Source: the human T2T-CHM13v2.0 reference genome, Homo sapiens
DNA: 64,000 nt
NCBI RefSeq assembly: GCF_009914755.1
Contig: NC_060940.1
Reading direction: 5' to 3' (one strand)
Notes under the pieces: generated by a model
What the model was told of the DNA's origin: nothing
Database searches by the model: none
The model's input: only the letters and a program-made list of their open reading frames with translations
Shown here: in pieces, positions 32,000-55,102 of the stretch
Layout: each line of letters starts with the position of its first letter
How positions within the stretch are numbered: position 1 is the stretch's first letter
Position numbers and translations under genes: made by a program

Positions 32000-32270
32000 T
32001 GCTTGTGTCAGGAAACAGTCACTGTGGAAATATGTGTACTTATCAGAGTGAAGAGTTCACATGCAGACATGTTTGTTTGTCTGAGACAAGAGTCCACATG
32101 AGGAAATGTCATTACCAGAGGAAAGAGTAAATGTAAGGACATACGTGGTGGTCTGAGGAAAGAGTCCATGTGGGGACATATGTGTTTGTCTGAGGGAAGA
32201 ATCCACGTGAGTAAAGGTGTGTTTGTCTGACGAAAGAGTCCCCATGTTGACAGGTGTGTGTACCCATCTG
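32000..32270. repeat. Degenerate ~37-nt tandem repeat (GTGTTTGTCTGAG--AAGAGTCCACATG)
   Basis: About 6-7 recurring units. Confidence 0.65.
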
Positions 32271-35200
32271 TGGGTAAATGCCCATTCAGGGACAGTGTGT
32301 GCCTGAACTGAGCTGAAGTTTGGGGAAAATCTTTATCAACCAAGGAAAGAAAAGAATTATCTGGGTTATTTGCTTGTCAGGAAGAAAAAACCTGGGTCAC
32401 AATGAAAATTGATTTTTTTAAATTAAAGGTCTTTAGTGAATGGTAACATCTTATATGCAAATGAGGAAAGTTACTTCATTCTTTTTTGCATGCATCTCAT
32501 GATATCCCCACCCTCACCAAATAAGTTATTAGATAACTTTATACAGTCTGCATTTAATCCTTGGTTTAATGAACTGCTAAATACTTTTTACAAAAATTGT
32601 ATATATTTAGGTTTATATTTTCCATCACACAATTATGAGCTTAGACAAATTAACTGCATCGTGTCTCAACCATTTTATAGCACTAAAAATAATTTTATTA
32701 TTCTTAAACAGTGCCATTTTTACTTATTTAATACTCATTCTCTAAATTCCTTGAATATCCTCTATCTGTTTACTTGACTATAGTTTTGGTTTATACCAAA
32801 TTTCAAATAAATGATATTATATGGTGTAATTGAAATGACTTCACTGAAGAAAGTAGAAAATGAAGTTGCTAGTCTAATTAACTTTGAAAATGAGGAAATT
32901 CTGTATGTTTAAAATGTAAAGAAACTACACATAGCACTCTATTCTAGTAGATAAACATATTTCCAATGAGCTTTACATTTCTGATACCGCTATGCATGTG
33001 TCCTAAAATTGTGCAACCAGGTAATAATAAGGCAATTGGTGGGATAGGATTCCTCACTTTAAAGTGGATGGTTATGGACAGTCAAGGAAGGAAGGCTAGA
33101 AAGGTCCACGTGGTAGCATAGTTGGGTCAGGAGACCAGTGTGTTCTCATTTTTAATATAATAAAGTTACAGAAGATTAAGTACATAAGTAGTTTTGATGC
33201 GTCCATAAACATGGGTTCATATAAACATGCACGTCTGCTAGGCCAGTAGGTTGAGAGGTCCTAGAAGTAATTATACACGGTATCACAATTTTTTTATTTT
33301 ACTGCTATTCGTTAACGTTAGAAACAAGCAAGCTTTAGAAAAATGGCTAATTCTATGTACAAAAGAGGTAATATAGAAAATGAACTTAGAATTTGTTGTA
33401 ATACAAGGAAACAGGGAAGTGTTCAAAAACAAAAGGATGAGGTGCACTGTAAGGATACAGGATCCAAACTAAATGAGCTCCCAGGACCTAATAAAGCTGT
33501 GGTGATTTGAACGATAAAATGAGTAATATAGCATGGATCTTCTTCAGAGTATGAAATATATATTCATAAACCAATACACATATTAATAGATGATTATGAA
33601 AATAAATATTGGGAAGACGAACACATCTCCTTACAGAAGTATTCCAAATATCTGAGGTGAATAGTCCTCCAATCAAGTAGGTGAAGTTTAAACACTCATG
33701 AGTTGATTGTGGCCTGAGCTTAGACACATGGAAAAAATAACCACTATTTGGTATTCTATAATGAGACTTCAGATATAATGCCAAAAACATCATCTATGAA
33801 TGAATACAATTTTACATGTTTTTGAATCTAAATTTGTACAAACACACACATACACACACAGGCACATGCACACACACACGTATGTTTCTGCAATACACAC
33901 GGATAAGGGAGTAAAGACAGCCACAGACTTGGAAAAAATACTTCCAAGTCACATATTTGTTAAATGAATTCTTTTAATTTGTTAAATGACTTTTATAAAC
34001 AATATGCAAGTAAACTTACAATGAATCAAAACAAAGCAATGCAGTTAAAATGAACCAAATATCAGGAGAGGCATCTCAACAAAAGTTATTGGAAAATTGT
34101 TAAATATGAACTCTTTGAGGGACATGTGCATTTAAATAAAAATTAGATCCCATTACTCACCTACTAGATTGGTTAAAACACACAACTCTCATAAGGATAC
34201 ACATCTCTTGAAACAACTGATTAGCCTTACTAAACCTATTGAACTCTGCAAGGAGACCCAGAGCAAGGATTCAATGACACAGAAGGGAGCCCCTTCTCTG
34301 AAGCTCCAGATTCACTTCATTAGTGGAACCAAAATGAAGACAAAAACTTACAGGAGATTTGGGAGTGCCGTGTTTCTTCACTGGGCTCTTGCAGTTGAAT
34401 GTTGCATCTGAGAATACCAGCAGGTGCAGATACATTCAGATGAAAGCCCACTCCATACCCACTATTCCAATAACACATATTTTCCCTTCTTCCTAATATG
34501 TAGCTTTTAGGAAGTGCCTCCTACGCTAACACTAGGCCCAGTTATCTGACTTTCTTCTCCTAGAGATTTAAAGCAAACAGGATACAGGTGGAGACTTGGG
34601 AAGTGCATGCAGGTTGTTATTTTCACTTTCTCAGCTGGGAAACCAGCAAAGTCCCCATAATAAAAGAAGCTGAGATCTATGATGGCATTTACAAGATGTT
34701 GGTCTTAAAAATCACGATGTCAGAGGCTTCACATTGCTCTACTGCCTTTGTCTCACCCTCTGTCATTGTCTTAGTGTTTCTGTATTCTCCTCAGATAGAG
34801 TCTGTGCATTGCCACACTTTCATCTTTAATCCATAGTCATCATCCTAGTTAGAATGGATTGTGCAGTGCAGGTAAGCACTGCCTGTTCTTCCAATGGAAA
34901 CCTAGAGATTCGATAGGCTTCCTCTTCTGGGCTGTGACCTTGAAAAAGCATCTCCAGGGGAAAAGCTCATTTTTGGCTGTTACTCCCTTTTGTGGTTTTG
35001 GCCTCCCTGGACTATTTACATACATCTTACCCCTTTTGGCTAACTTTACTCATTCATATAATAATGGAAGAATGGGAGAGAATCTGGAATGGGAGATTTG
35101 TCTTCCTTCACATAGGATAAGGTTCTGGAAAAGTCATTCCCTTTAGAAGCTTTTGAAGTAGGCTCCTGGTATAGTTTTCTGTAATTAATCATCTTCATTT

Positions 35201-35746
35201 CATCTTCAATTCTGACCCACAGGAAATTTATTTGGATTGTATATTTTAGAATCTGGAGGTTTCTGGAGAGAAAGTCCAGAAACCTTAGAAGTATAAGACC
35301 CTCTGGAATGGTCACATTTACCGAGTCCACATTTGTCTTTCAGACGTCTATAGTGGTTACCATGTAAGTGCCCTCAACAGCTTGTGGCTTCTGCAGCTTC
35401 TGCAGCTTCTGCATCAGTTAAGCAAGTGCTAACTGCAATTCTGGACATGCCCATCTCTCCAGTTTTTGGAGTGGGTAATATTTCTTGCAATTTCAGTTAT
35501 TTAGTAGATTCCAAAATGTATTGACATTCAGATTATGCAGATTTATTTTGACATAAAATATGACGGTGATGAAATTTATAATCAATATTTTGGAGCATAA
35601 ACCAAAAGTACAATCAAAGGTCACCTTTGATGTGTTACTGGAGGCAGAATTCTGACCTTATTACATATAGGTGGCACATCTGACATAAATAAACAGGCAA
35701 GAAAACAGAGAAAGGACATGGCACAACACTGTGCCATGGCACAACT

Positions 35747-37345
<1,599 letters not shown>

Positions 37346-40300
37346 CAATGCAGTGGCTCATGCCTGCAATCCCAGCAATTTGGGAGGCCAAGGCCCGGGT
37401 AACAACAGTGAAACTCTGTCAAAAAAAAAAAAAAAAGCTGAGGGGATTGAGGAGATTTCTATGCAAAGTGTGGATGGTGTGTTTTAATTTCTCCTTGCTT
37501 AATATAGTATAATGTAAGAGGAGATTGATAAAGAGGAAACTATTGGAAAATGTGGAATCAGGTATTTTATAAATAAAGAAGGTTCTCCCATCTTCTGGAA
37601 ACCCCATAATCTTTTTAAAAATGAAGGAATTTTAAGATTTATTTCTACATTCTAGATACATGCCTAATATAAACTTGGATTTAAGTGCAAACAGAGATAC
37701 ATAGAAGATGAAAATTCTGCAACAGATCATTTGCCAAATAGGCCGTTTTATACCAGTTTGTAATTTTACCTAAGATTCAAAAGATAAACAACAGAGAGAT
37801 CCAAATAATAAATTATAACATTTCAATGCTAGACAACTGGTTGAGAGGCGCTTGAACTGACATTATTCTGATGAATCATACCTCAATAATAAAACTGTAT
37901 TGAATGGTGTACCTGTTCAAGAGGCTGCTTGAGTAAATAGTTTCTACCTCCCCTACTTAGGAGTCCTGCCACAACCCAACATGCTCTAAAACCTGGGGGC
38001 CACTAAGAACAAAGACAGAAGTTTGAATATTATGAAGTTATTATGAAGTTTTTGAGAGATCCACAATCACTGATGGGGTGATTGGTGAGGGTTTTTTCTA
38101 AGGGCCTAGGCTTGGAAGAGTATGGCTCTTTGTTATGATGAACAAAGAGCTGTTTTTTTTGATGAGTAGATGGCAGCAAAGACCATCAAGGAAAATGAAG
38201 AAATGGGGAAATATGGTCCAAACAGAGGGACAACATAAAGGTCCAGAAACTGGCATCAATGAATATAAAAGCATATGGATTTCTTGGCAGAAAATTTAAA
38301 TATTACAATCTTGTTTAATAAGCTAGTGGCAGCATGCAAGAACACTGTGAGAATTTTAAGAGATAAAAAAATTTAAAAGAGAACTAAAAAAATTGGTGTT
38401 GAAGAATACAATAAGTCAGCCAAAAATTTTTAGACAGCACACTGTAGGAGAGGCTCAGGCTTTCCTTTCCCCTACAGGAGGTAGCCCTGCAATTTCCTTA
38501 GACGTGAATCACTGTTTTCTCCCACCCACCTTCTAGATTCTCCTCAGAGATTCTCCCGACTCCAGAGCTCATGTTCTCACATGTTGTGTGACTTTGGGTT
38601 AAAACACACCTGAAACATTTAATGGCTATTGTCCTTGATCATTTGATCATCATCTGCATTTTAGTTGATGTGATTTTTTTAAACCTCAGTTTGAAGGAAA
38701 GAAAAAAAAAATCTATAGACTCTATCTAGGCCAGAATTACTTCTCTCTCTTTCCCTTGGTAGCTGCGAATGTAGCCCCAAATATGATAGGAATCAATAAA
38801 CACTGCAGCTGTTACAACACTTTCTTGGTCAGCTGTTCCAACAGTATGAGAACCACGGCAGCACAATTATTTTATGGGACTAATTCTGTTCCTACTGGAG
38901 ACACATTTATTCTTATGTACCAGGACCTCCAGTCCATCGCAGCCTATGATTATGGAGAAGGAAAGAAACATTCTTCAAATTTTCATCATACATGTGGCAA
39001 GAGAAACCGATATTTCTGTCCACTGCTTTCTAGACCCAGGTATTGTAGCTCCTGGCCATGGGACACTGTAGTGCTCTCTGTTTGGGGGCATTTAAGCATC
39101 ATAGAGAATAGTATTATCCCCAAAATGGCCCTTCTTTATTAAATTTCCTACTATAAAACGGAAGCATAAACTACCTGCTGTTTATCTCACATCAGACTGT
39201 GGAGACCTAAGTCAATGTTTCCTTTGTTCTGCTGGGGCCTTGTTTCTGGTCAACTGTGAGAGAGAAAGAACTGCTGGATCACAGACTCTTGTTCCCGTGA
39301 TCACATCTCCTGTCCCTTAACTATATCTACATCCCCTCGTGTCAGAACACATTGTGCAGTGTCTCATTCTAGGAATAAGATATTCAGTAACTTGGACAGT
39401 GACTCTAGTAGCTTCTCTATGATTAAGAAAAATACATGTGAAGATAAGAGTTAATTCTTCTAAGTATAAATGACTACCTATCAGGTTTGGGCTTTGACTA
39501 AATTTTTTAAATTGTCTCCTTATGACTGGTGGGTATCCTTACAGGGTGTAATGATTTTGTTAGACAAATGTGATATCTATCACTATCAGCTCAGGCACTC
39601 GGTGAGAGGTGCTGGTCAGTCTGGTTGGCGGTATCTGTGCTCAGCCTTTATTGTACGTTAGGGAATGTGCTGATATAAAGAGAGAGGATGCTATCACTTG
39701 TGTGGCAATAATGATTAAATTGCAGAAAATCATCGTATTATGAGGTCTCCATACCCTCCTATGCAGCAGAAGAGATTTCCCTTGCTTTCAGCTGCTGGTT
39801 TCCTTACATTAAAATTTATTGCATTTCCTTTTACTGCACATTTTTTTTAAATTCTAAGATACTGTCTGCTTATTTAATTAAAGTAAGCACCAATAAATTT
39901 TAAAATTATCAATTACCTGTATAAGAAACATAAAATGGGTGTGGTGAAGATGCCGAGTAGAGATACCAGAAAACAAAACTAATAAAGAAACACATTGTGT
40001 AAGTTTAGAGTCATCACTGAGCACTGAAACCATGAGGAGCTTGTGTTGACTTTTATATTGTTGAAAGTCTATTATATTTGACATCCAGAAGGCTGATCAC
40101 ACCAGTGAGAAAAATCTGTAGAGTGGTCCACACAGATCAGAAATTAGAAAGTGATAAAGTCACAAACTTGCACAACCTGCAGACATTCAGTGTATTCAGC
40201 ATTCAGCTCTTCCCATTTCTTCAGTAAAATAGATGGGTTACATCTGCATGGAAAATGGGACAAGTATTTTGTAAGCTGATTCTCCTGGGAAGTTGCTAAT

Positions 40301-42149
40301 GAAATCAGTCAAGTGATGCTCTGACACAGGATTGTGAAGAGGACGTTGACCCATGGTGGTCGCTGTCATCAACACGGGATGCTCAACGCTGGTGGGTGTC
40401 TTTGTTACTGTTTTGTTCACAAGAGATTTTAAGCTGTCATGTGCTGCATGCAGGTGAGTTTTTAAGCCTCAGATGAGGAAAATAACATGACCACACAGTA
40501 GATGAGAAAATTGAAGACCTCACTTCATCAACCACATTCCACTGATGAGACCTGTTCACACAGAGAGCCAGGAATGAGCTGGGAAGAGGAAGGGGCTGGG
40601 GAAGATCATCCATAGATGGACCCATCCAGCCTGCTTGAACTCCCTGTGGAAGGAGGGTGTAAATGTTTGTCCTCAACTGATAGCGAGTATTTCAAGACCT
40701 TCACAAGCTTTCAGAAAAACAGTTTTCATGAACAAGTGGCCATACGTTACTCAGAGATGTACTTGTCATCATTTATCCTTCCTCTCTAGGCAGCACCACA
40801 GTAGCATGTTCTCAGAATTCTCCCTGATCCTCTGTGAGTTCCTGGTGCAGCTCCTGGAGGAAAAGCCTGCATGAGGGAGGGAGCCCTCCTCAATTGCAGC
40901 CCTGAGGCTGTCCCCAAAGTGCCATCAGCTCTCCTACATCCCTCTCGAGCCTCTGCTCTCTCTCCCTTCCACCCCCACCCCTTGGACAAGCAACATCTGA
41001 AAGTCTTCCCTGCCCTCGGCTCCCAGAGCTCTCTGGCGGTGGCCTGCACTCTCCCTCAAAGCGGCCCTCCCCCAGGTCACTGTCTTCCCTTCGATGACAT
41101 CACGCGCCCACCCTGCGCTCCTGCTGGGCTGAGGCCCTCGGAGCCTACTTCACCGGGTCCTCTTCTCTCTTCTCTCAAAGGCCATGGGGTTTGCCTGCGG
41201 TCCAGATGGGTTGGCCCTCTTCCCCCTGTCCTGGGTCCTTGAGTGGCCCCGCTTATTTAGGCCATCTATGAGTCACTTCTCTAACGCCCCTGTCTCCAGA
41301 CCAGCTTCAGTCAAAGGCTGGGCCAGAGAAGACCCTAGTGAGAAACTTCTGATGAGCAGTGTGACCTTGCCACCTCAAGGGTACCCGCCCACCGCCCCTG
41401 GTCTAAGCACAGGTGACACCGCCTGTCTCCCCCAACCACACACACCCCTTGAGGCTCCTCCTCCAAGCCTGGGTAGGGACACTGCCCCTCCCTCACCCAG
41501 GAAGCTCAGTCTGGCTTGGGCCAGAACTGCTTTTCTTCCTAAAGCTGGAGGGATGGCCGAGGGCTTAGCTTAACGGGATGAGCCATCTGGGGACTGCAGT
41601 GTCCACGATCAGATCAGGGAGCTTGAAGTTGAGGGGGGCACACTTTACCTCCCAGGCCAGGAGAATGACCACTTCCTTCCCCACCCCACCCCCAGGCTAC
41701 TCTTGCCCTAGAAAATTCTAACCAAGCTGCTCAGCTGGTGGCGGAGAGGCAGCCCAACAAGCTGGCTCTTGCTGGGTAGGCCTGGGGGTCCTGGGGAGAG
41801 GAACACGGGGTGGGTGGGGGGCGGGCAGCCAGGACCTCAGACCTGAGGCCTTTGGGGAAGGGTCTGTGCACCCGCCAGGCACCAGGGGGCAGCCTTGCCT
41901 TATTCCCGCTCCAGTCCCCTCAAGTCCGAAGCCCCTACCCACTCTCATGCCAGGCAGGGGTGGGGGCCACCGGGGTCATTTACCCGGGCCCCTTCTCTGC
42001 CTTGGTGACAAAGTGGAGCCTTGCTCATCAGTCAGGCAGGCTCCCCTCTGGCCACTGTGGAGACACAGAGGCCTGTCACCTGAAGAGCTGGTCCCAGCCT
42101 CCAGCTTCCAGGGTAGCCGGGAAGCTCTAGCCCCCAGTGGGCAGCGGTG

Positions 42150-51199
<9,050 letters not shown>

Positions 51200-52042
51200 G
51201 CAGGCCTCTGCTTCTGCCTCTGCTGCTCTAAGGGGTCGAGGTGCAGGAAGTAGGGGGAACCTCCTCCAGCTGGAGCTGCTGTGGTGGGCAAGGCTCTACT
51301 CTGGAGGCCTCTGAGGCCGGCACCCTTCTGGGGACTGGGAAGGGAGCAGGGAAGGCAGCAGCCCAGGGAAAACCTTGTCCCCCTGGAGCCGAGGCACCTG
51401 GGAAGAGCAGGATGAGAGAGCTGGAGAGCAGCCACACCCACGGGGAAGGATGGGTGTAAAGCCATGGGTGCTGAAATTTTCAAAATGTTACCCCAAGAAT
51501 TTGTCACTGAACAGGTGCCTTGTGTCACTTGGGCCAGGCTGATAGCAGCAGAGGGGATAACTCTTTGCATCAGGGATCAATTTTGAAGGTGGAGCCAGTA
51601 GGGGTTGTGCATGACCAGGATGCAGGGCTCAAAGAGGAGTTAAGGACAACAGATTTGGCCTGAGCAAGAGGAAAGATGGAGCTGCCAGGTCCTGCAATGG
51701 GGAGGCAAGGAGAGAATGGTCCGGAGTCAGCCTTGGGTGTGTCATGCAGGAAGTGTCATCCAAGTGGAGATGTCTAGTTGGCAGGTGGACACAGGAGTTC
51801 CAGAAAGTACTGGAGATGGAACTTTGCAAGTTCTTACCACATAGAGATGACACTGAAAGCCCTGAACCTGGGTGAGCTCACAGGGACGCCGCAAGTCCCG
51901 GGACACAATGAGAGGGGCAGAGGGAAGATGCGGCAGCAATGGGGGAGGATGCCTGAGAGCTCCTGGTGGGGTCCTGCAACCTGAGCCAGTGAGGACCCCT
52001 CACAGGTCAGGGAGGAGCAGTGGCTGGCTCCATCTGTCCAGT

Positions 52043-52063
52043 GCTGCTGCTGCTGCTGCTGCT
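52043..52063. repeat. (GCT)7 microsatellite
   Basis: Directly visible. Confidence 0.9.
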
Positions 52064-52429
52064 GGTGAAGGACAGTGACCTGCAAATGCTCACTGAGTCT
52101 GGCAAGGGTCACAGGGGCCTGGTGAGGGTGGCTTGCATGAGGGGTTGCGTGTGAAAGGCTGGTTGGTGTGCGATTGAGAAAAGGAGTGGCGGCAGCCCAT
52201 TGTCATCTGCAGACGAAGGGAGAGACAACAACATAGTTTACCCAGACAAGGAAATATGAGCCGGCCTGGAAAGGGAAGGCACTCCAACACACGACACAAC
52301 ATGGCTGACCCCTGGAGGGCATTTCTGTGAAATGATCCATCATAAAGAGACACTTGCTATAGGGTTCTGCTCCTGAGAGAGAGACAGGGCCTTACATGAG
52401 AGGAGGGAGATCCACAGAGACAGAGGGCA

Positions 52430-52595
52430 AGGGTGGGTGCCAGGGGCTGGGGACAGGGTGGGGAGTGTTGAGTGGGGACAGAGTGTCAGTTTGAGAAGAT
52501 AAATTCTAGAGGTGGACGGAAGTGGTGGCTGCGCAACACTGTGACTGCACTTAATGCCACTGAATTGCACACTTAACGATGGTGAAAATGGCTCA
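52430..52595 (+). mobile_element. Old L1M 3' fragment
   Basis: CTTAATGCCACTGAATTGCACACTTAA...ATGGT is typical of an L1M 3' end. Confidence 0.65.
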
Positions 52596-55102
52596 TTACA
52601 TATACATTGATGACACTATATATATGTGTGATATACATGCGTTTTACCATGAGAAGAGGCGGAGAGGAATTGAAGACAGTGAGTACAGACAGGTCCTTCA
52701 AGGGGCGGGACCCATGCACAAGATGAGCATGTGGCACCCCACCCTGAAAGGGCTGGGCACCATGGCAGGGCACAGCAGGCAATGCAGTGGGTGGCTCAGG
52801 CAAGCACAGAGAGCATCAGGGATTGGAGCCTGTGAAGGGGGAGCAGGTGACCCCTCAGAGCAAAATGACAGCTTGGGCTGCTCCCTTTGCGTCCTGCCCA
52901 GGACTGCTATCATGCTATGGGAGAACCCCCAGAGGCCCTGCTCCTCAGCAGGCAGCACCCCCTATGGAGGGGCTTTACCCCTAAACTTCTGGAGCCAGGA
53001 GAGGGACCTGGCTTAGAATACGGCCAACCAAGAGCCTGGGTGAGAAATACATGGACCAGACAGGGAGCAGAGAAAGGAGTGGCAGCGCAGTCCCACCCTA
53101 GCTCAGCTGGGGGCTCTGGAGCCTGCTCTGGCCCCCATCTCTTCGGCAACCACTGTTTCTAGTTTTCTTTTTCTCCCCGAGAAGCCTGTCCTCTCACCAT
53201 GCCTGCGCCTTCAAGAACCCCACCTGGCTGGCAGCTCCCAGATCTCCAGCCTGGCCCTCCTTAGCTGCAAAGGTGCTTCCCAACGTCGGCAAGACCTCTC
53301 CCTAGGGTGCCCCAGGCCTTCACACAGCCCCTGTCCCCAACCGACTCCAACTGTCCTGCAGCCCACGGTCACCCTCAGGACCCCTGAGCTCAGGCCAACT
53401 GCTTTATACACTGTCAGCCAGGTCTCTGCCTGGATGACAATCACCCTCTGCTAATTGTTCTCCACACCTCCAGGCCAAATGCCCTCCAAGCCACCTCATG
53501 CACCACAATGACACCAAACACACAGAAAAAAGACATTGAAAAAAGGAAACTTCACAGAAGCATGTCATTTAAAGTGGGTTCTGAAATGGAGACACCATTA
53601 CCTCAGGACTTAGCTCCCGCATGAGGGGTTAGGACACAGAGATCAACAAGCAGCAGGCTTTGCCCTCAAGCAGCTCACAGTCTAGTGGAAGATGGGTGAG
53701 AAAACAGATCAGGATGCCCACGGGTGCAGATGCCCTGGAACAGAAGCTGATCCAGGAAAGCGCAAGCCTGCAGGCCGCCCTCCAGTCTAGGCTGGGCAAG
53801 CGCCTCAATTTTCATCTCTAAGAGCCTGTGCCCACACCCCCTGCCCCAATGTTGTTCCATCACTCCACTAGAAAGGGCGCTCCAGAAGCTGGCCTCGTGC
53901 AGCTTTCTGTCTGCTGCTAGCCTAGGCAGAACAGTGGAAGAAGCCATCAGGGCTGGTGAGGGAAGCACCCATTTGGACTTTAGCCTTTCAAAGCTCAGAG
54001 AAGGGTGAGCTCAGGGAGGCCCAAGGTAGCCGAGAACACTTCCTGGAGAAGTGGTATCAGCCTTCGGCCTTGGCACAGCAACCAGAGGGTATTGCCCACG
54101 TGTCCCCTACTCCCTCAGACACCACCTCTCAGACCGCCTGGAAAGGGACAGAACTTGTCACGAGGCAGCTGTGCTCTGAGCACAAGGGAAGGGCGACAGG
54201 ATGCTAGAGAAGGGAACCACTGGCCTGGGCCTGGGCAGGGCAGGCAGAAGCAAGCATGCACAGCAGGCCATCAGCTACCCTGCCAGCATCAACATCCTTC
54301 AGGGGTCCCCCCAGTTCCAGGAGACACACCTCTAACCTGCTCCCCTGACCCTTCCGCCCAGTCCTCATGCAGACACCAGGCATGGCAGAGGCCCTGCAGG
54401 GTGGGAGCACTGTGCTGCGGGCGGGGACTGCCTTCCTCATGTGCTACTGGAGAGCAGCACAGTGCAGGGGCCTGGGCACTGGCGCCAGGCAGGAAGCCTC
54501 GGTTCTGGCCTGGCTTGCTGTGGGCCTGGAAGACACAGCTTTGAGGGAGCCACGGGAGGGACGCCCTGGAGCCAGCACCAGCACAGCGCTCTGGTGGCAG
54601 GCACACACCCAGCACGTTCTCAGGGCCAAGGGCCCCAGCCCCTTTCTGCCTAGCTCTGCCCTGGGCCAGCTCCAGGTCACTGCCAAGGACAAGTCTCCTC
54701 TCCCAGCTGGCATTAGTCAGAGGTCATCCTGCAAACCTTCAGGAGGGGGTGGGGCAGGGAGTGACTAGTGGCATTCTGCCACGTTCTGTCTGTCCCAAAT
54801 GTGACGAACGGGAACCCAGAGAAGGCAAGCGAGTCCTCTACCCAGAAGCCCTGCCGGTTTACTGAGCCTCCCAAGCTGCCCACACCCAGGGAGGCAGACA
54901 GGACACACACTCAGTGGGTGGCCCTGAAGCGAGGCCTGGCCCAGCCCGGGGAGCAAGAGGACAGAGAGGGCAGGGCCTTTGAGAACAGGTGTGAGCCTGG
55001 CCTTCAGTGGTGGAAACAGGTTGAAGGCCTGTGGCCCCTTGGGGGCTCCAGGCAGGAAAGAAAGCAGAGCCCTCTCCATGGCCACAGTCACACACCGCAC
55101 CA

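Noticed and set aside
38700-40800. Possible additional V segment or gene
   Set aside because: No leader, framework motifs or RSS seen; appears to be IGH-type intergenic or old repeat sequence that I cannot classify.
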